DNA of 64,000 nt, taken from Hydrurus foetidus (lineage: Eukaryota). The translations under genes and the position numbers were made by a program. This document shows positions 1 to 9,216 of the stretch, piece after piece. A model generated the notes under the pieces. It was not told the origin of the DNA. It searched no databases and saw nothing but the letters and a program-made list of their open reading frames with translations. Positions within the stretch are counted from its first letter, which is position 1. Every line of letters begins with the position of its first letter. The DNA is taken from the NCBI GenBank assembly GCA_900617105.1, contig UYFQ01000001.1, forward strand, positions 4,216,001-4,280,000, given 5' to 3'.

Positions 1-125
1 GTTTTTTGTACCACCGTGTAGGTGGGCTCTTCAATGGCTTGGGCGGGGTTGGGCATGGCGGCTAGGCAAGTAATGAGCAATAAGTAGCGGTAGAGACCCG
101 TTAAGTTCAGCTGTTGGATGTTCAT
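1..125 (-). CDS. Probable SOUL-family haem-binding protein, 5' part (runs off window)
   Basis: Manual translation MNIQQLNLTGLYRYLLLITCLAAMPNPAQAIEEPTYTVVQK: signal peptide followed by EEPxYxV, typical of bacterial SOUL protein N-termini. Confidence 0.6.
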   Translation of the reverse strand, partial: MNIQQLNLTGLYRYLLLITCLAAMPNPAQAIEEPTYTVVQK

Positions 126-249
126 GGTTTTCACTCTATCAATAAGTGGCGGCTGTGTCATTATTTACTCGGTTTTTCTGCTTGGCTGTAAGGTAATGCC
201 CAAAAACCCTGACATGTGACTTATCACCATTTTTATTACAAAGACAACC

Positions 250-750
250 ATGACAACCTCACGAACACTCCTTGCCTCTATCGCCTTGGCTGCCAGCTTT
301 GTTGCCGCCACCGCTTTTGCGCAAACCGCGCCTGGGCCCGCGCCTTATGGCGCGCCGATTACCATCGAGCAAGCTAAAAAAGCCATGGTGGCCGCTGAGG
401 CTGAAGCGCGAAAAAACAATTGGGCGGTGGTGATCGCTATTGTTGACAATGGCGGACATTTGGTAGCGCTGCAGCGCCTGGATGCTCAAACCGCCAGCAT
501 CGACATCGCCACCGGCAAGGCCACCACGGCGGCGGCGTTTCGCCGCCCAAGCAAGTCGCTTGAAGACGGCCTGGCCGCAGGCGGCGCTGGGCTGCGAATT
601 TTGAGCGTGAAGGGCGCAACCGCTTTGCAAGGCGGCGTGCCGATCGTGCTGGACGGAAAAATCATTGGCGCAATTGGCGTGTCTGGCGTACTGGCGGCGC
701 AAGACGAAGTAGTGGCCATGGCCGGTGCGGCAGCGGTGGCTGCCAAGTAA
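250..750 (+). CDS. GlcG/HbpS-family haem-binding protein, secreted
   Basis: Signal peptide; motifs VIAIVDNGGHL, IATGKATTA and GGVPIVLDGKIIGAIGVSG. Confidence 0.9.
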   Translation: MTTSRTLLASIALAASFVAATAFAQTAPGPAPYGAPITIEQAKKAMVAAEAEARKNNWAVVIAIVDNGGHLVALQRLDAQTASIDIATGKATTAAAFRRPSKSLEDGLAAGGAGLRILSVKGATALQGGVPIVLDGKIIGAIGVSGVLAAQDEVVAMAGAAAVAAK

Positions 751-810
751 GCGCTGCGTCTTAATGTCAGCTTTACTTTCAAGGCTGCAGGGCGCGGAGC
801 TGCTTTAAAT

Positions 811-852
811 TGCTATACAGTTAATAGCTGCTCGCGCCCGTATTTATTGGGA
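811..852 (+). repeat. REP-like element copy 1
   Basis: TGCTATACAGTTAATAGCTGCTCGCGCCCGTATTTATTGGG; the GCTAT-N6-ATAGC hairpin plus TGCTCGCGCCCG core recurs about 13 times in the window. Confidence 0.9.
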
Positions 853-883
853 TAAACCCCGTTTTAAATCTTGAGAACGGGCT

Positions 884-2101
884 TCAAGAGCCTTTTAGAA
901 TACTTTCGATCTGCCGATAACCCAGGCGCTTGGCCGTTTGCGCAGCGGTTTGGCCGCTGGCATCTTTCAGTTCGGTATTGGCACCAGCATTGACCAGGCG
1001 CTGAACCGCCTCGACATGGCCACCTGCTGTTGCCAGCATGAGCGCCGTGCGGCCTGCGCTGTCGGTGCTGTTGAGCTGCGCGGCGCTAACAACTTGCAAG
1101 GCTTGCGCAAGCGCCCCTGACTGGCCGGTGCGAGCGGCTTCGCGCAGCGCGGCGCCTGCGTCAAGCGGCGGTGCCGCGGGGGCTGCTGCGGGCGTGGGTG
1201 CGGGTACGGCTGGCGCAGAGATTGGAGCCGGGGTTGCCGCTGCCGGGCGGCTCCGCATGGCGGCGGGGGCTTCGGCCGAGCTGGAATCGCTGCGTGCGCT
1301 GGCTTGCCCGCTGCGCTCGGCGTCAAGGCTGGGCGCTGCTTTGCTTTGCGGTGCGGCAAGGCGGCCTGAAGCGGCACGATCGGCTGTCATGTTTTCTGAG
1401 CCACTGGCCAAACCGGCAGCGCCGGGCTTTGCAGGCGCTGGCTCAACCTTATCGGCAGATGCAGTGCTTTTGGCAGCCGTGCTTGCTGGTTCAGGCGCTG
1501 GGGCCGGGGCCGGGGCCGGGGCTGGCGCAGCAGGCTGCGCAATCGATGCGTCTGGCGGCGTGGCTCGCTTGGCTGCGGGCTCGCTTTTGGTCGGCGCAAC
1601 TTGCGATGGTGCAGGCAACGCGCGCGCCGGTAATGTGAGTGCAGGAAATGCGGGTGCAGGCAGTGCAGATGCAGGCAATGCGGCTGCGGGCTGTGGCGGT
1701 ACCTCAGCCGTTGCTTGGGGTGGCAACGCTTGTGCAGGTACGGGCGCAGGTGCGGAAGGCACGGTAGCCGAGGCCGATTCGCTGCGCGCCGTCACAGACG
1801 GCGTACCCAGCACGACTTGTTTGTCAGCAGGCTCGCCTCGGTCAAATTGCAAAGCCAGTAGCGCGCTAATGCTGGCAATCGCCAGGCTGGCCACCAACGG
1901 CGTGTTCCAGCGCGATCGATTGGCAGCCACTTGAGGCAACTGAATCGTCACCTCATTTGCCGTACCAGCAGCCACTGCTTGGGCATGGGCAAGCGCGGCG
2001 CGGCGCACCTTTTCGCTGGGGCCAATGGCTTGCTCAGCGCTGGCCTGCAGGTAGCGTTGCTTGAGGTCGTCCGGGCAGTCGGGCGTGTGCGGCTCTAGCA
2101 T
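884..2101 (-). CDS. Membrane-anchored Ala/Pro-rich protein with C-terminal ankyrin repeats; probable anti-sigma factor
   Basis: Overlaps the ECF sigma stop; one TM segment (LVASLAIASISALLAL); ankyrin motifs GRTALMLATAGGHVEAVQRLVNAGA and DASGQTAAQTA. Confidence 0.75.
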   Translation of the reverse strand: MLEPHTPDCPDDLKQRYLQASAEQAIGPSEKVRRAALAHAQAVAAGTANEVTIQLPQVAANRSRWNTPLVASLAIASISALLALQFDRGEPADKQVVLGTPSVTARSESASATVPSAPAPVPAQALPPQATAEVPPQPAAALPASALPAPAFPALTLPARALPAPSQVAPTKSEPAAKRATPPDASIAQPAAPAPAPAPAPAPEPASTAAKSTASADKVEPAPAKPGAAGLASGSENMTADRAASGRLAAPQSKAAPSLDAERSGQASARSDSSSAEAPAAMRSRPAAATPAPISAPAVPAPTPAAAPAAPPLDAGAALREAARTGQSGALAQALQVVSAAQLNSTDSAGRTALMLATAGGHVEAVQRLVNAGANTELKDASGQTAAQTAKRLGYRQIESILKGS

Positions 2102-2700
2102 GCGAAGTCCTCCAGCAATTGGCGCAAGCGACTGCGCGCATAGCGCAAGCGACTTTTTGCCGTTTCAAAATTAACACCACAGGCAACCGCGATTTCCTCT
2201 ACCGACATGTCGCCTTCGGCTTGCAGTAAAAAGGCGTCACGCTGCTCGGGCGGCAGCTGCTCAACCGCAGCTATCAGCGCAGCGCCTTGCTCACGCGTTT
2301 GCAATTGCCGCACTGGGCCAAAACCCGAATCGGCAGCCAGCGTGTCGGCCAGCGTGGTGTCTTCGGCATTCGTTTCGTCCAGACTGGCGTGGTGTTTGGC
2401 GGTGCGAAAGTAGTCAACTTTTCGGTTGTGCGCCAACGTAAACAGCCAGGTTTTAAAGCGTGCTTGTGGTTGGTAGGCACTGGCCTGCCGGGCTACCGCA
2501 AACCACACGTCTTGCAGCAAATCGTCAGCTACCGCGGTGTCTCTAACGCTTCTAAAAACGTAGCGCCATACACCCACCGAATGCCGGGTGTACAGCGTGT
2601 CGAAAGCCGACGTTGAGCCGCTGGCGTACAGCTGCATCAGCGCGTGGTCACTGGGTTCAAGAAGGTCAATCGGCGGCGCTGCAATCGGCATGTAGCGCAT
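2095..2700 (-). CDS. ECF RNA polymerase sigma factor (SbrI-like)
   Basis: Region 2 ADDLLQDVW..FKTWLFTLAHN and region 4 LPPEQRDAFLL..SVEEIA..ETAKSRLRYARSRL. Confidence 0.92.
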   Translation of the reverse strand: MRYMPIAAPPIDLLEPSDHALMQLYASGSTSAFDTLYTRHSVGVWRYVFRSVRDTAVADDLLQDVWFAVARQASAYQPQARFKTWLFTLAHNRKVDYFRTAKHHASLDETNAEDTTLADTLAADSGFGPVRQLQTREQGAALIAAVEQLPPEQRDAFLLQAEGDMSVEEIAVACGVNFETAKSRLRYARSRLRQLLEDFAC

Positions 2701-2718
2701 TATGCAGACTGCATCGTC

Positions 2719-3642
2719 TCAATAGCGGCGCTGCGGCGGGTCTGGCACATAGGCGGTAGCTGAATCAGGAAACGCATTAGGAGCGTTGGGTGTGGGCAAA
2801 ACCGGCGGCACGCGAATCACGCCCAGCGCCACCAGGTTGGCGCGGCTGTCGTAGCGGATCAGCACCACCTCGTCGGGCTGCGTCTGCTGGCGCTCAAACG
2901 CGGTTTGGCTGACGACTGAACTTTCGCGCTGGCCGTGAGCGGTGCCTAATTTGGCCGCAGCTTGCGGTGCGCTGCGGCGGGCGCCCCCGTTAGCGCTGGC
3001 CGAGTTTCCGGGGCTGGCGCTTTCAGCAGCTTCGTTGCTGGCGCGGTCGGCGCTGCGACTGGCTGGGCTGGCAATCGACTTTGATCGGCCCGACGGCCAA
3101 GCGTCTTCGTTCTTACTGAATTCTTGGTCGTCTCGGCTCACGGGCACCTGCTTTTCTTTAAACAGCGCCACGCCAATCACGCCGACGTTGGCGGGTCTGC
3201 CGGTCAGGCCAGCGTATGAGTCGCCGAGCGATGAAAATTCAAACGCCGCTACCTCTGAATTGCTTTTGCGCCAGCCCGTAATTTGGTAGTTGCTGTAGCC
3301 GGTAAAAACGTAGCCGGTTTGATTCCACGCGGCGGTTTGCCCGCTCAAAACATTAATGCCGTCTACCGCAGGCACGGCCAGCAGGCGTTGCCCATGCCGG
3401 CTTTGCACTGCAACTGCATACCGGGCTCCCGGCGTGCCCGCTACCCAGTATTCACCGCGGTGGCTGTACACGGGCAGCGATGCGCCAGTCTTGCGGTCTA
3501 TCACCGTGATGTCTGCCAGTCGGCCCACTGCCAGCGCAGGCAGGCTGGTAAAAGCACAAAGTAAGGCAGAAAGGCAAAGGGTGCTTAGCATCGCGGCGCG
3601 GGCTGCAGGGCGTGATCGTTTAGCAAGTAGGGTTGCCTTCAT
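2719..3642 (-). CDS. Conserved secreted hypothetical protein, first gene of the ECF operon
   Basis: Signal peptide (SLPALA); globular VDGINVLSG..ITGWR..NVGVIGVALF segment and LGTAHG motif. Confidence 0.7.
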   Translation of the reverse strand: MKATLLAKRSRPAARAAMLSTLCLSALLCAFTSLPALAVGRLADITVIDRKTGASLPVYSHRGEYWVAGTPGARYAVAVQSRHGQRLLAVPAVDGINVLSGQTAAWNQTGYVFTGYSNYQITGWRKSNSEVAAFEFSSLGDSYAGLTGRPANVGVIGVALFKEKQVPVSRDDQEFSKNEDAWPSGRSKSIASPASRSADRASNEAAESASPGNSASANGGARRSAPQAAAKLGTAHGQRESSVVSQTAFERQQTQPDEVVLIRYDSRANLVALGVIRVPPVLPTPNAPNAFPDSATAYVPDPPQRRY

Positions 3643-3694
3643 GTCGACTCCGTAGGTTAGTTAAGTTGGCAGGTAAAAAAGGTCTGGAGTTGAC

Positions 3695-3724
3695 TTAAAC
3701 GAAGCAGCGGGGGCGATGGGGTTA
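3695..3724 (-). promoter_or_regulatory. Candidate ECF sigma promoter TAACCCC-N16-CGTTTAA
   Basis: AAC/CGT ECF signature with a 16-nt spacer, 52 bp upstream of the operon that encodes the ECF sigma. Confidence 0.65.
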
Positions 3725-3790
3725 AACGCGACGAAAAAAACTTGTGAGGCGGTTAAAAATACGGTCAATTTATGCAGTTTGTTTCCGGTC

Positions 3791-3838
3791 ACTATGGATT
3801 CAGTAGCTGCTCGCGCCCGTATTTAATGGGCTATAGCC
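3791..3838 (+). repeat. REP-like element copy 2
   Basis: ACTATGGATTCAGTAGCTGCTCGCGCCCGTATTTAATGGGCTATAGCC. Confidence 0.9.
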
Positions 3839-3853
3839 ATATTTAGCTGATAT

Positions 3854-4648
3854 TTAGTGCTGTTTTTTATTGAAGTAGGCATTAAACAACCCGCTGACTT
3901 CGGCAAAGTCATCTGCAAAGCGATGCGGGTTAACAAAGTAAGCCTCAGACGCGACAGCGAAAAATTCGGCAGGCGAGGTGGCACCGTAAGCGTCAAGCCA
4001 CGGCGCAGGTGCGCCAAAGCGTTTCGCCATCTCGACTTGGTCTTTGAACGCGTCAAACGCGGTTTGCATAGTGGTTTGCCATTGCGCTTTGGCTGCACGG
4101 GACGGCAGTGGTGGGCAGCCATTGGCTGTGCCGCCCGCCATGTCCAGCTTGTGCACGAACTCATGAATCACCACGTTGTAGCCGCGTAAATCGTGGTTAC
4201 TCGACGCCGCAGCGTCTTGCCAGCTGAGCGTTACTGGCCCGCCTTGCATCGCTTCGCCCGCAAGGGCTTCTTTGTAAAAGTGGTGTACGCCTGCCGCGTC
4301 TACGGTTTGCCGCCGCGCCAGCATGGGCCCTCGGTGCACCACAATGCCCTTGAAGTCGCTGTACGGCGCAAGGCCCCTATTTAAAACTGGCAGGCAGGCC
4401 TGCGCAGCAATCGCTACCGCAATTTCGTCCGTGACTTGAAAACGATGCGCGCCGCTGAACTGCTTTTGTGTCAAAAACTGGCCGGTTAAATCGCGCAAGC
4501 GGGCAAGATCGGCGCTGGAGCGCTGCGCCAGGAAAGGGTATGTTGAAAGCGTTGATAGCCACAGCTCTTCGGGTACCGAGCGCCGTCGCTGGCGATTAAT
4601 TACTTGCCACCAGGTAAGCAGGGCAGCAGAAATTGATTTTTTGAACAT
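3854..4648 (-). CDS. mtfA: MtfA-family (M90) zinc-dependent peptidase
   Basis: NVVIHEFVHKLD (HExxH), AYGATSPAEFFAVASE and AIAAQACLPVL. Confidence 0.85.
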   Translation of the reverse strand: MFKKSISAALLTWWQVINRQRRRSVPEELWLSTLSTYPFLAQRSSADLARLRDLTGQFLTQKQFSGAHRFQVTDEIAVAIAAQACLPVLNRGLAPYSDFKGIVVHRGPMLARRQTVDAAGVHHFYKEALAGEAMQGGPVTLSWQDAAASSNHDLRGYNVVIHEFVHKLDMAGGTANGCPPLPSRAAKAQWQTTMQTAFDAFKDQVEMAKRFGAPAPWLDAYGATSPAEFFAVASEAYFVNPHRFADDFAEVSGLFNAYFNKKQH

Positions 4649-4764
4649 ACCTTAGCGCGTATCTTCACACCGCACAAACAGATGAAGGTTTTATGTGTCA
4701 GGTACCGTGGAGATACGGTTTTGAAGTGAGCTGACTTGAAAATATTCAATGCACACAGATTGAA

Positions 4765-5517
4765 TTAAATCGCGATGCGTGTCAATCCGCTGGCGTTCAG
4801 GCGCAGCACTTCAGCTCTGGGCGGCGCGGCGGAGGTGTCCCAGTCGGTAAGCACCACACGGCGCAAGCCCTTGCCTAAATCATGTTCAGCCGGCTTGTGC
4901 GTGTGGCCATGGATCAGCGTAGTGGCATTTGCCGCAATCAGCTGTTGGCGGGCGGCGGCTGCATCGACATCGGCGTATTCCATGCCTGATTTTTTTCTGG
5001 CTTCGCTTTGCTCACGCAGGCCCCGCGCAATGCTTTGGCGTTCGGCTAGAGGCTTGGCTAAAAAAGTGGTTTGCCAAGAAGTGCTGCGCACCTGGTGGCG
5101 AAACGCCATGTAGGCGGTGTCGTCAATGCACAGCGCATCGCCGTGCGACAGCAGCCAGCGCTGGTCGTTAAAAGTTAGCACGGTGGGGTCTGCGAGCAGC
5201 GTCATCGAGCAAGCAGCCATCAAGCCCTTGCCAACTAAAAAGTCGCGGTTGCCGTGCATGAAAAATACCGGCGCCCGGGCGGGGGCTTGGGCGATGACTT
5301 GCGCGCAGTCTTCTTCGAAACTTCCGGGAAGCAGTGCGTCGTCGCCAACCCACACTTCAAACAAGTCACCCAAAATAAAGATGGCGTCTGCTGGCGTGGT
5401 TTGCATGTAACGCTGCCACGCCTGGACGGTGCTCGCCTCGCTGGCCTGCAAGTGCAGGTCAGAAATAAAGTCAATGGCGTGCCAGGCAGGCGGAGCCTTT
5501 AACTCCGCCGTTGCCAT
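4765..5517 (-). CDS. lpxH: UDP-2,3-diacylglucosamine diphosphatase
   Basis: FISDLHL, GDLFEVWVGDD, HGNRDFL, LIHGHTH; conserved position next to ppiB. Confidence 0.95.
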   Translation of the reverse strand: MATAELKAPPAWHAIDFISDLHLQASEASTVQAWQRYMQTTPADAIFILGDLFEVWVGDDALLPGSFEEDCAQVIAQAPARAPVFFMHGNRDFLVGKGLMAACSMTLLADPTVLTFNDQRWLLSHGDALCIDDTAYMAFRHQVRSTSWQTTFLAKPLAERQSIARGLREQSEARKKSGMEYADVDAAAARQQLIAANATTLIHGHTHKPAEHDLGKGLRRVVLTDWDTSAAPPRAEVLRLNASGLTRIAI

Positions 5518-6023
5518 TACAGAGCCACTGCCTTTTCGATGATCACGTCAACGGTAGGCACATCACCGTGACCGCCTTTGTTGCCGGTTTTTACGCTTTC
5601 AATTTTGTCGACCACGTCCATGCCTTTAATAACTTTGCCGAACACGGCGTAACCCCAGCCCGAGCCGTTAGGCGCGGTGTGGTTTAAAAAGCCGTTGTTC
5701 GACGCGTTGATAAAAAACTGTGAGCTGGCCGAATGCGGCTCATTGGTGCGGGCCATGGCAACGGTGTACTTGTCGTTTTTCAAACCGTTGGTGGCTTCGT
5801 TTTCAATGTTGGCGTCGGTGTCTTTTTGTTTCATGCCGACCGCAAAGCCGCCGCCTTGCACCATAAAGCCCGGAATCACGCGGTGAAACACCGTGCCGGC
5901 GTAATGACCTTTGTTGACGTAGCTTAAAAAATTGGCGACTGTTTTGGGCGCTTTGGCGGCGTCCAGTTCCAGCGTGATGACGCCGTGGCCGGTGATGTGA
6001 AGTTCGACTTGTGGATTGCTCAT
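5517..6023 (-). CDS. ppiB: Cyclophilin peptidyl-prolyl isomerase B
   Basis: [38 protein letters not shown]. Confidence 0.95.
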   Translation of the reverse strand: MSNPQVELHITGHGVITLELDAAKAPKTVANFLSYVNKGHYAGTVFHRVIPGFMVQGGGFAVGMKQKDTDANIENEATNGLKNDKYTVAMARTNEPHSASSQFFINASNNGFLNHTAPNGSGWGYAVFGKVIKGMDVVDKIESVKTGNKGGHGDVPTVDVIIEKAVAL

Positions 6024-6051
6024 GATTTTTCTTTAAAAGTTGGTTAAAAAT

Positions 6052-6753
6052 TCAGTTGATAAGAATTGCTGATTTAATCACTATCGGCGTTTTCGGCACG
6101 TCCGTGGGGAAGGGCCCGCCCGCGCCGGTGGGCGTGGCTTTCATTTTATTGACCACGTCCATGCCGGACGTGACCTTGCCAAACACGGTGTAGCCAAATA
6201 ACTGCGAGGCACCCACCAATTGCGCGCGCGGGGTGTTTTCATAAACGCGGCCGCCGTATTCAAACTTGGGTACCGGGTCGCCCGGCGGAATAACGGTTGG
6301 GTCTAAAAACGCGTTGTCTTTGACGTTGATAAAAAACTGTGACGACGCTGAATTGGGGTCACTGGTGCGGGCCATGGCCAGCGTGCCTTCGACGTTGCGG
6401 GGGCCGCCCTTGGCCAAAGCTTCCTGGCCTTCGTGTACGACTGGCGGGCGGGTGGGCTTTTGGGTGTAGCTGGTGTCAAAGCCGCCGCCTTGCACCATAA
6501 AGGTACTGATCACGCGGTGAAAAATTAAACCGTCGTAGTGCTTGTCTTTGACGTACTGCAAAAAGTTCGCCACAGTTTTCGGCGCAATGCCCGGGTAGAC
6601 CTCTACAACAAAATCGCCTTCGCTGGTCGCGAATTTAACTTTTGGCGCCGCCTGCGCGAAGGCACTGCCGCTAAAAAGCGTCGCCATGCTAAGGGCAACG
6701 CCCACGGCAACTGCTGCAGCCGTTCGGCGCTTTAAAAAAATGCTTTTTATCAT
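6052..6753 (-). CDS. ppiA: Periplasmic cyclophilin peptidyl-prolyl isomerase A
   Basis: Signal peptide; FHRVISTFMVQGGG and [18 protein letters not shown]. Confidence 0.9.
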   Translation of the reverse strand: MIKSIFLKRRTAAAVAVGVALSMATLFSGSAFAQAAPKVKFATSEGDFVVEVYPGIAPKTVANFLQYVKDKHYDGLIFHRVISTFMVQGGGFDTSYTQKPTRPPVVHEGQEALAKGGPRNVEGTLAMARTSDPNSASSQFFINVKDNAFLDPTVIPPGDPVPKFEYGGRVYENTPRAQLVGASQLFGYTVFGKVTSGMDVVNKMKATPTGAGGPFPTDVPKTPIVIKSAILIN

Positions 6754-7988
6754 CCAATGACTCCTTCAAAAAATATCTTCCACTGGCTGCCGTTTCGGCT
6801 CCAGTACTGCCGTTTGATCACGCCGCTGATGCTGCCGCGCTTGAGCTCTGCAAAGGTTACCACCATCGTGTCGGCAGAGTCTGTCCAGCGCAAGTAAGAC
6901 ACATCCTTGAGTTGTACGCCGCGCCCTTCGGTTTTTGTAACCTCGGCTTGCAGGATGGGCGTCCACTCAGTCAGGGACTTGCCGTTGCTGGTGAACTCAG
7001 GTGTGTACCAGCGCAGCAGCCGGGTCATGTCGCCGCTTGATTTGTCCTCAAGCCAGGCCTTGAGCACGCCTTCAAAAGCAACGCCGTCTTGCGCCAGGCT
7101 TTGGGGCGCTACCCACTTGATGTTTTGCGCAATCACGACCGGTGTAGAGCGAATTTGCACCGTGCGAATAATTCGCTCAAGGTCAGGGTTGGCCAACACC
7201 ACGCAGCCGTCGGTAGCGCGTGGCGCGCGTGAGAACTGGTTGCGCGGCGTACCATGCAGCCAAATGCCGCTGCCGGTTTTGCCGCGTTTGATGTCCAGCT
7301 GGTTGGGGTAGTTGATGGGCAACGCGCCCGAGCCGTAAAAGTCTTTTAATGACTTGGGGTTTAAATTGCTGGTGACAAAGTACACGCCCAGTGGGGTTCG
7401 CAAGTCGCCTTCAATGGTTTTCTCAATGCCTGACTTACCGACCGAAATGTAGTAGTCGCCGAGCAGTTTCAAACCTTCGGCGGTGTTCTCAAACAAATAC
7501 AGTCTGGCGCGGGTAGTGTCAATCGCAATGGCGTGTTTGTTTTTGGTCGACAAACTTAAAAACTGGGCAGGCACTGTGCCTGGCGCTGGCTTGGCCTGCA
7601 GTGCCTGCAACCGCAGCAATGACTCTTGACGCAGCTCGGCCAGCTGAGGCGCGTTTGCTTGCGCCAGCGTGTCGGCCATGTTGCCCACCACACGCACTGG
7701 GCGCTGCTGTGCGGTCAGCAAGTCGCCGTACACCAGTTGCGCTAACTGAAAATTAGGGTGCTCGGCCACCAGCTTTTCAGCCATGACCAAGGCTGGCCGG
7801 GTTTTAGCTTGGCTAATCAGTTTGTAAATTTCGATCAGCCGTGCTTCGGCTTGCCCATCGCGCGGGACAGCCGCCGCCCGTTGGTCTCTTGGACGAGCGG
7901 CAAGGGCGGGGTCAACGGGCAGCCAGAGCGCTGCTGCTGCCAGCACCAGCAATGCGGTTCGCGCTAGGCCCACGGCGCTGCTTTTCAA
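6750..7988 (-). CDS. L,D-transpeptidase (YkuD) family protein with C-terminal NTF2-like domain
   Basis: GDLRTPLGVY and IWLHGTP..ATDGCVVL (HxxxC catalytic motif). Confidence 0.88.
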   Translation of the reverse strand: MKSSAVGLARTALLVLAAAALWLPVDPALAARPRDQRAAAVPRDGQAEARLIEIYKLISQAKTRPALVMAEKLVAEHPNFQLAQLVYGDLLTAQQRPVRVVGNMADTLAQANAPQLAELRQESLLRLQALQAKPAPGTVPAQFLSLSTKNKHAIAIDTTRARLYLFENTAEGLKLLGDYYISVGKSGIEKTIEGDLRTPLGVYFVTSNLNPKSLKDFYGSGALPINYPNQLDIKRGKTGSGIWLHGTPRNQFSRAPRATDGCVVLANPDLERIIRTVQIRSTPVVIAQNIKWVAPQSLAQDGVAFEGVLKAWLEDKSSGDMTRLLRWYTPEFTSNGKSLTEWTPILQAEVTKTEGRGVQLKDVSYLRWTDSADTMVVTFAELKRGSISGVIKRQYWSRNGSQWKIFFEGVIG

Positions 7989-9058
7989 CCAGTCGATTCC
8001 CGAACAATCACCCAGCGGTCGCCAGCTTTCACCAGCTCCAGTGTTTTGCGGCTGGTGACGTTCAGTGAGTCGGCGATGTAGGTTTGCTTGAACTTGACGG
8101 TGGCTTTCGTGCCGTTGCTGCTAACGGTAACGTCGTTTAGCTTCACACTGATGCTTGATTTACCGACGATACGGGAGCGGCGATCTTCCTCCCAGGTTTT
8201 GCGTGCTTGCCCGCCGGGGGTTGAGAAGTCTTTGCCGTAGGCCGCCAGGTACCCGCCAACGTCTTTGGCCGACCAGGCAGCTGCCCAAGCGCGCACGGCA
8301 GCTTCAGCTTCTTTGTCGGCGGCGCTGATATTGGCTGCGGCGCTGTTGTTGGCTGCGGGTGCGGCCGGTGCGGGCGGCGCAGGCGCGACAACGGCTGGCG
8401 CAGCGGCCACCACAGCCGGTGCGGCAGGTGCGGCAGGTAACTTAGGCGCTGGAGCGGCAACAGGGGGCGCAGCAACGGCCACTGTTGGTGCAGGCTTTTG
8501 GGCCCGTGAGTCGGGCGCAAAAAGCGTACGAATCAACGTTAGCTTGGGTTGCAAGCCTGTGTTGCTGCTGTCCAATTGCAATGCCTTGCTGTAGGCTTGG
8601 CTGGCCAGCTTGGCGTAAACGTCGCCCAGATTTTCATGAGCCGTGGCGTAGCTGGGGTTGGTTCTGATCGCCATTTCTAGCGCAGCACGCGCTTTGTCGA
8701 ATTGGCTTTGGCCTGCGTACAAAACGGCCAAGTTGTTGTAGGGCTCAGGCAGCTCTGGGTAGTCTTGGGTAATTTGGGTAAATGTTGCGATGGCTTCGGC
8801 CGGCTTGCCCGTTTCAGTTTGGATCACGCCTTTTAAAAAGCGCATTTGCGGGTCCCGCGGCTTGGTCGCCAAATACTGGTCGGCTTTGGTCAGTGCTTCG
8901 CCGGTTTTGCCAGCGCGCACCAGCGCGTTCACGTCGCTGTACTCGTCTGCAAAGGCAAGGGGGCACGCGAAAGCACCAAGCAGCGCCAGCACGCCAACGA
9001 ACGCAGCGGTTTTGCGGCGGGTGCGCGCCCAGGCAGCGCTAGAGACGTGAGGGGTCAT
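7985..9058 (-). CDS. Secreted TPR protein with C-terminal NTF2-like domain
   Basis: TPR YPELPEPYNNLAVLYA..ATAHENLGDVY; C-terminal WAAAWSAKDVGGYLAAY. Confidence 0.85.
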   Translation of the reverse strand: MTPHVSSAAWARTRRKTAAFVGVLALLGAFACPLAFADEYSDVNALVRAGKTGEALTKADQYLATKPRDPQMRFLKGVIQTETGKPAEAIATFTQITQDYPELPEPYNNLAVLYAGQSQFDKARAALEMAIRTNPSYATAHENLGDVYAKLASQAYSKALQLDSSNTGLQPKLTLIRTLFAPDSRAQKPAPTVAVAAPPVAAPAPKLPAAPAAPAVVAAAPAVVAPAPPAPAAPAANNSAAANISAADKEAEAAVRAWAAAWSAKDVGGYLAAYGKDFSTPGGQARKTWEEDRRSRIVGKSSISVKLNDVTVSSNGTKATVKFKQTYIADSLNVTSRKTLELVKAGDRWVIVRESTG

Positions 9059-9216
9059 GGCAGGAAGTCCTATGCAATTTTTGCTCTGCGATTAGAGCTT
9101 GAATTCAGCGCGGGGAGAGGCTGGATATACTGGACGATTGTAGCCGAGGGGTATAGTTCAAACAGAGCTCAGCACGCCGTCGCAACCCTCGTAAACCTGC
9201 CCCGTTTAAAGTACCC

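Noticed and set aside
1038..1934. 298-aa plus-strand ORF and many similar antisense ORFs
   Set aside because: These are shadow ORFs of GC-rich, Ala/Pro-rich real genes and carry no recognisable motifs.
4658..4717. 11-bp imperfect inverted repeat upstream of mtfA
   Set aside because: It is short, occurs once in the window, and cannot be distinguished from chance or a decayed repeat.
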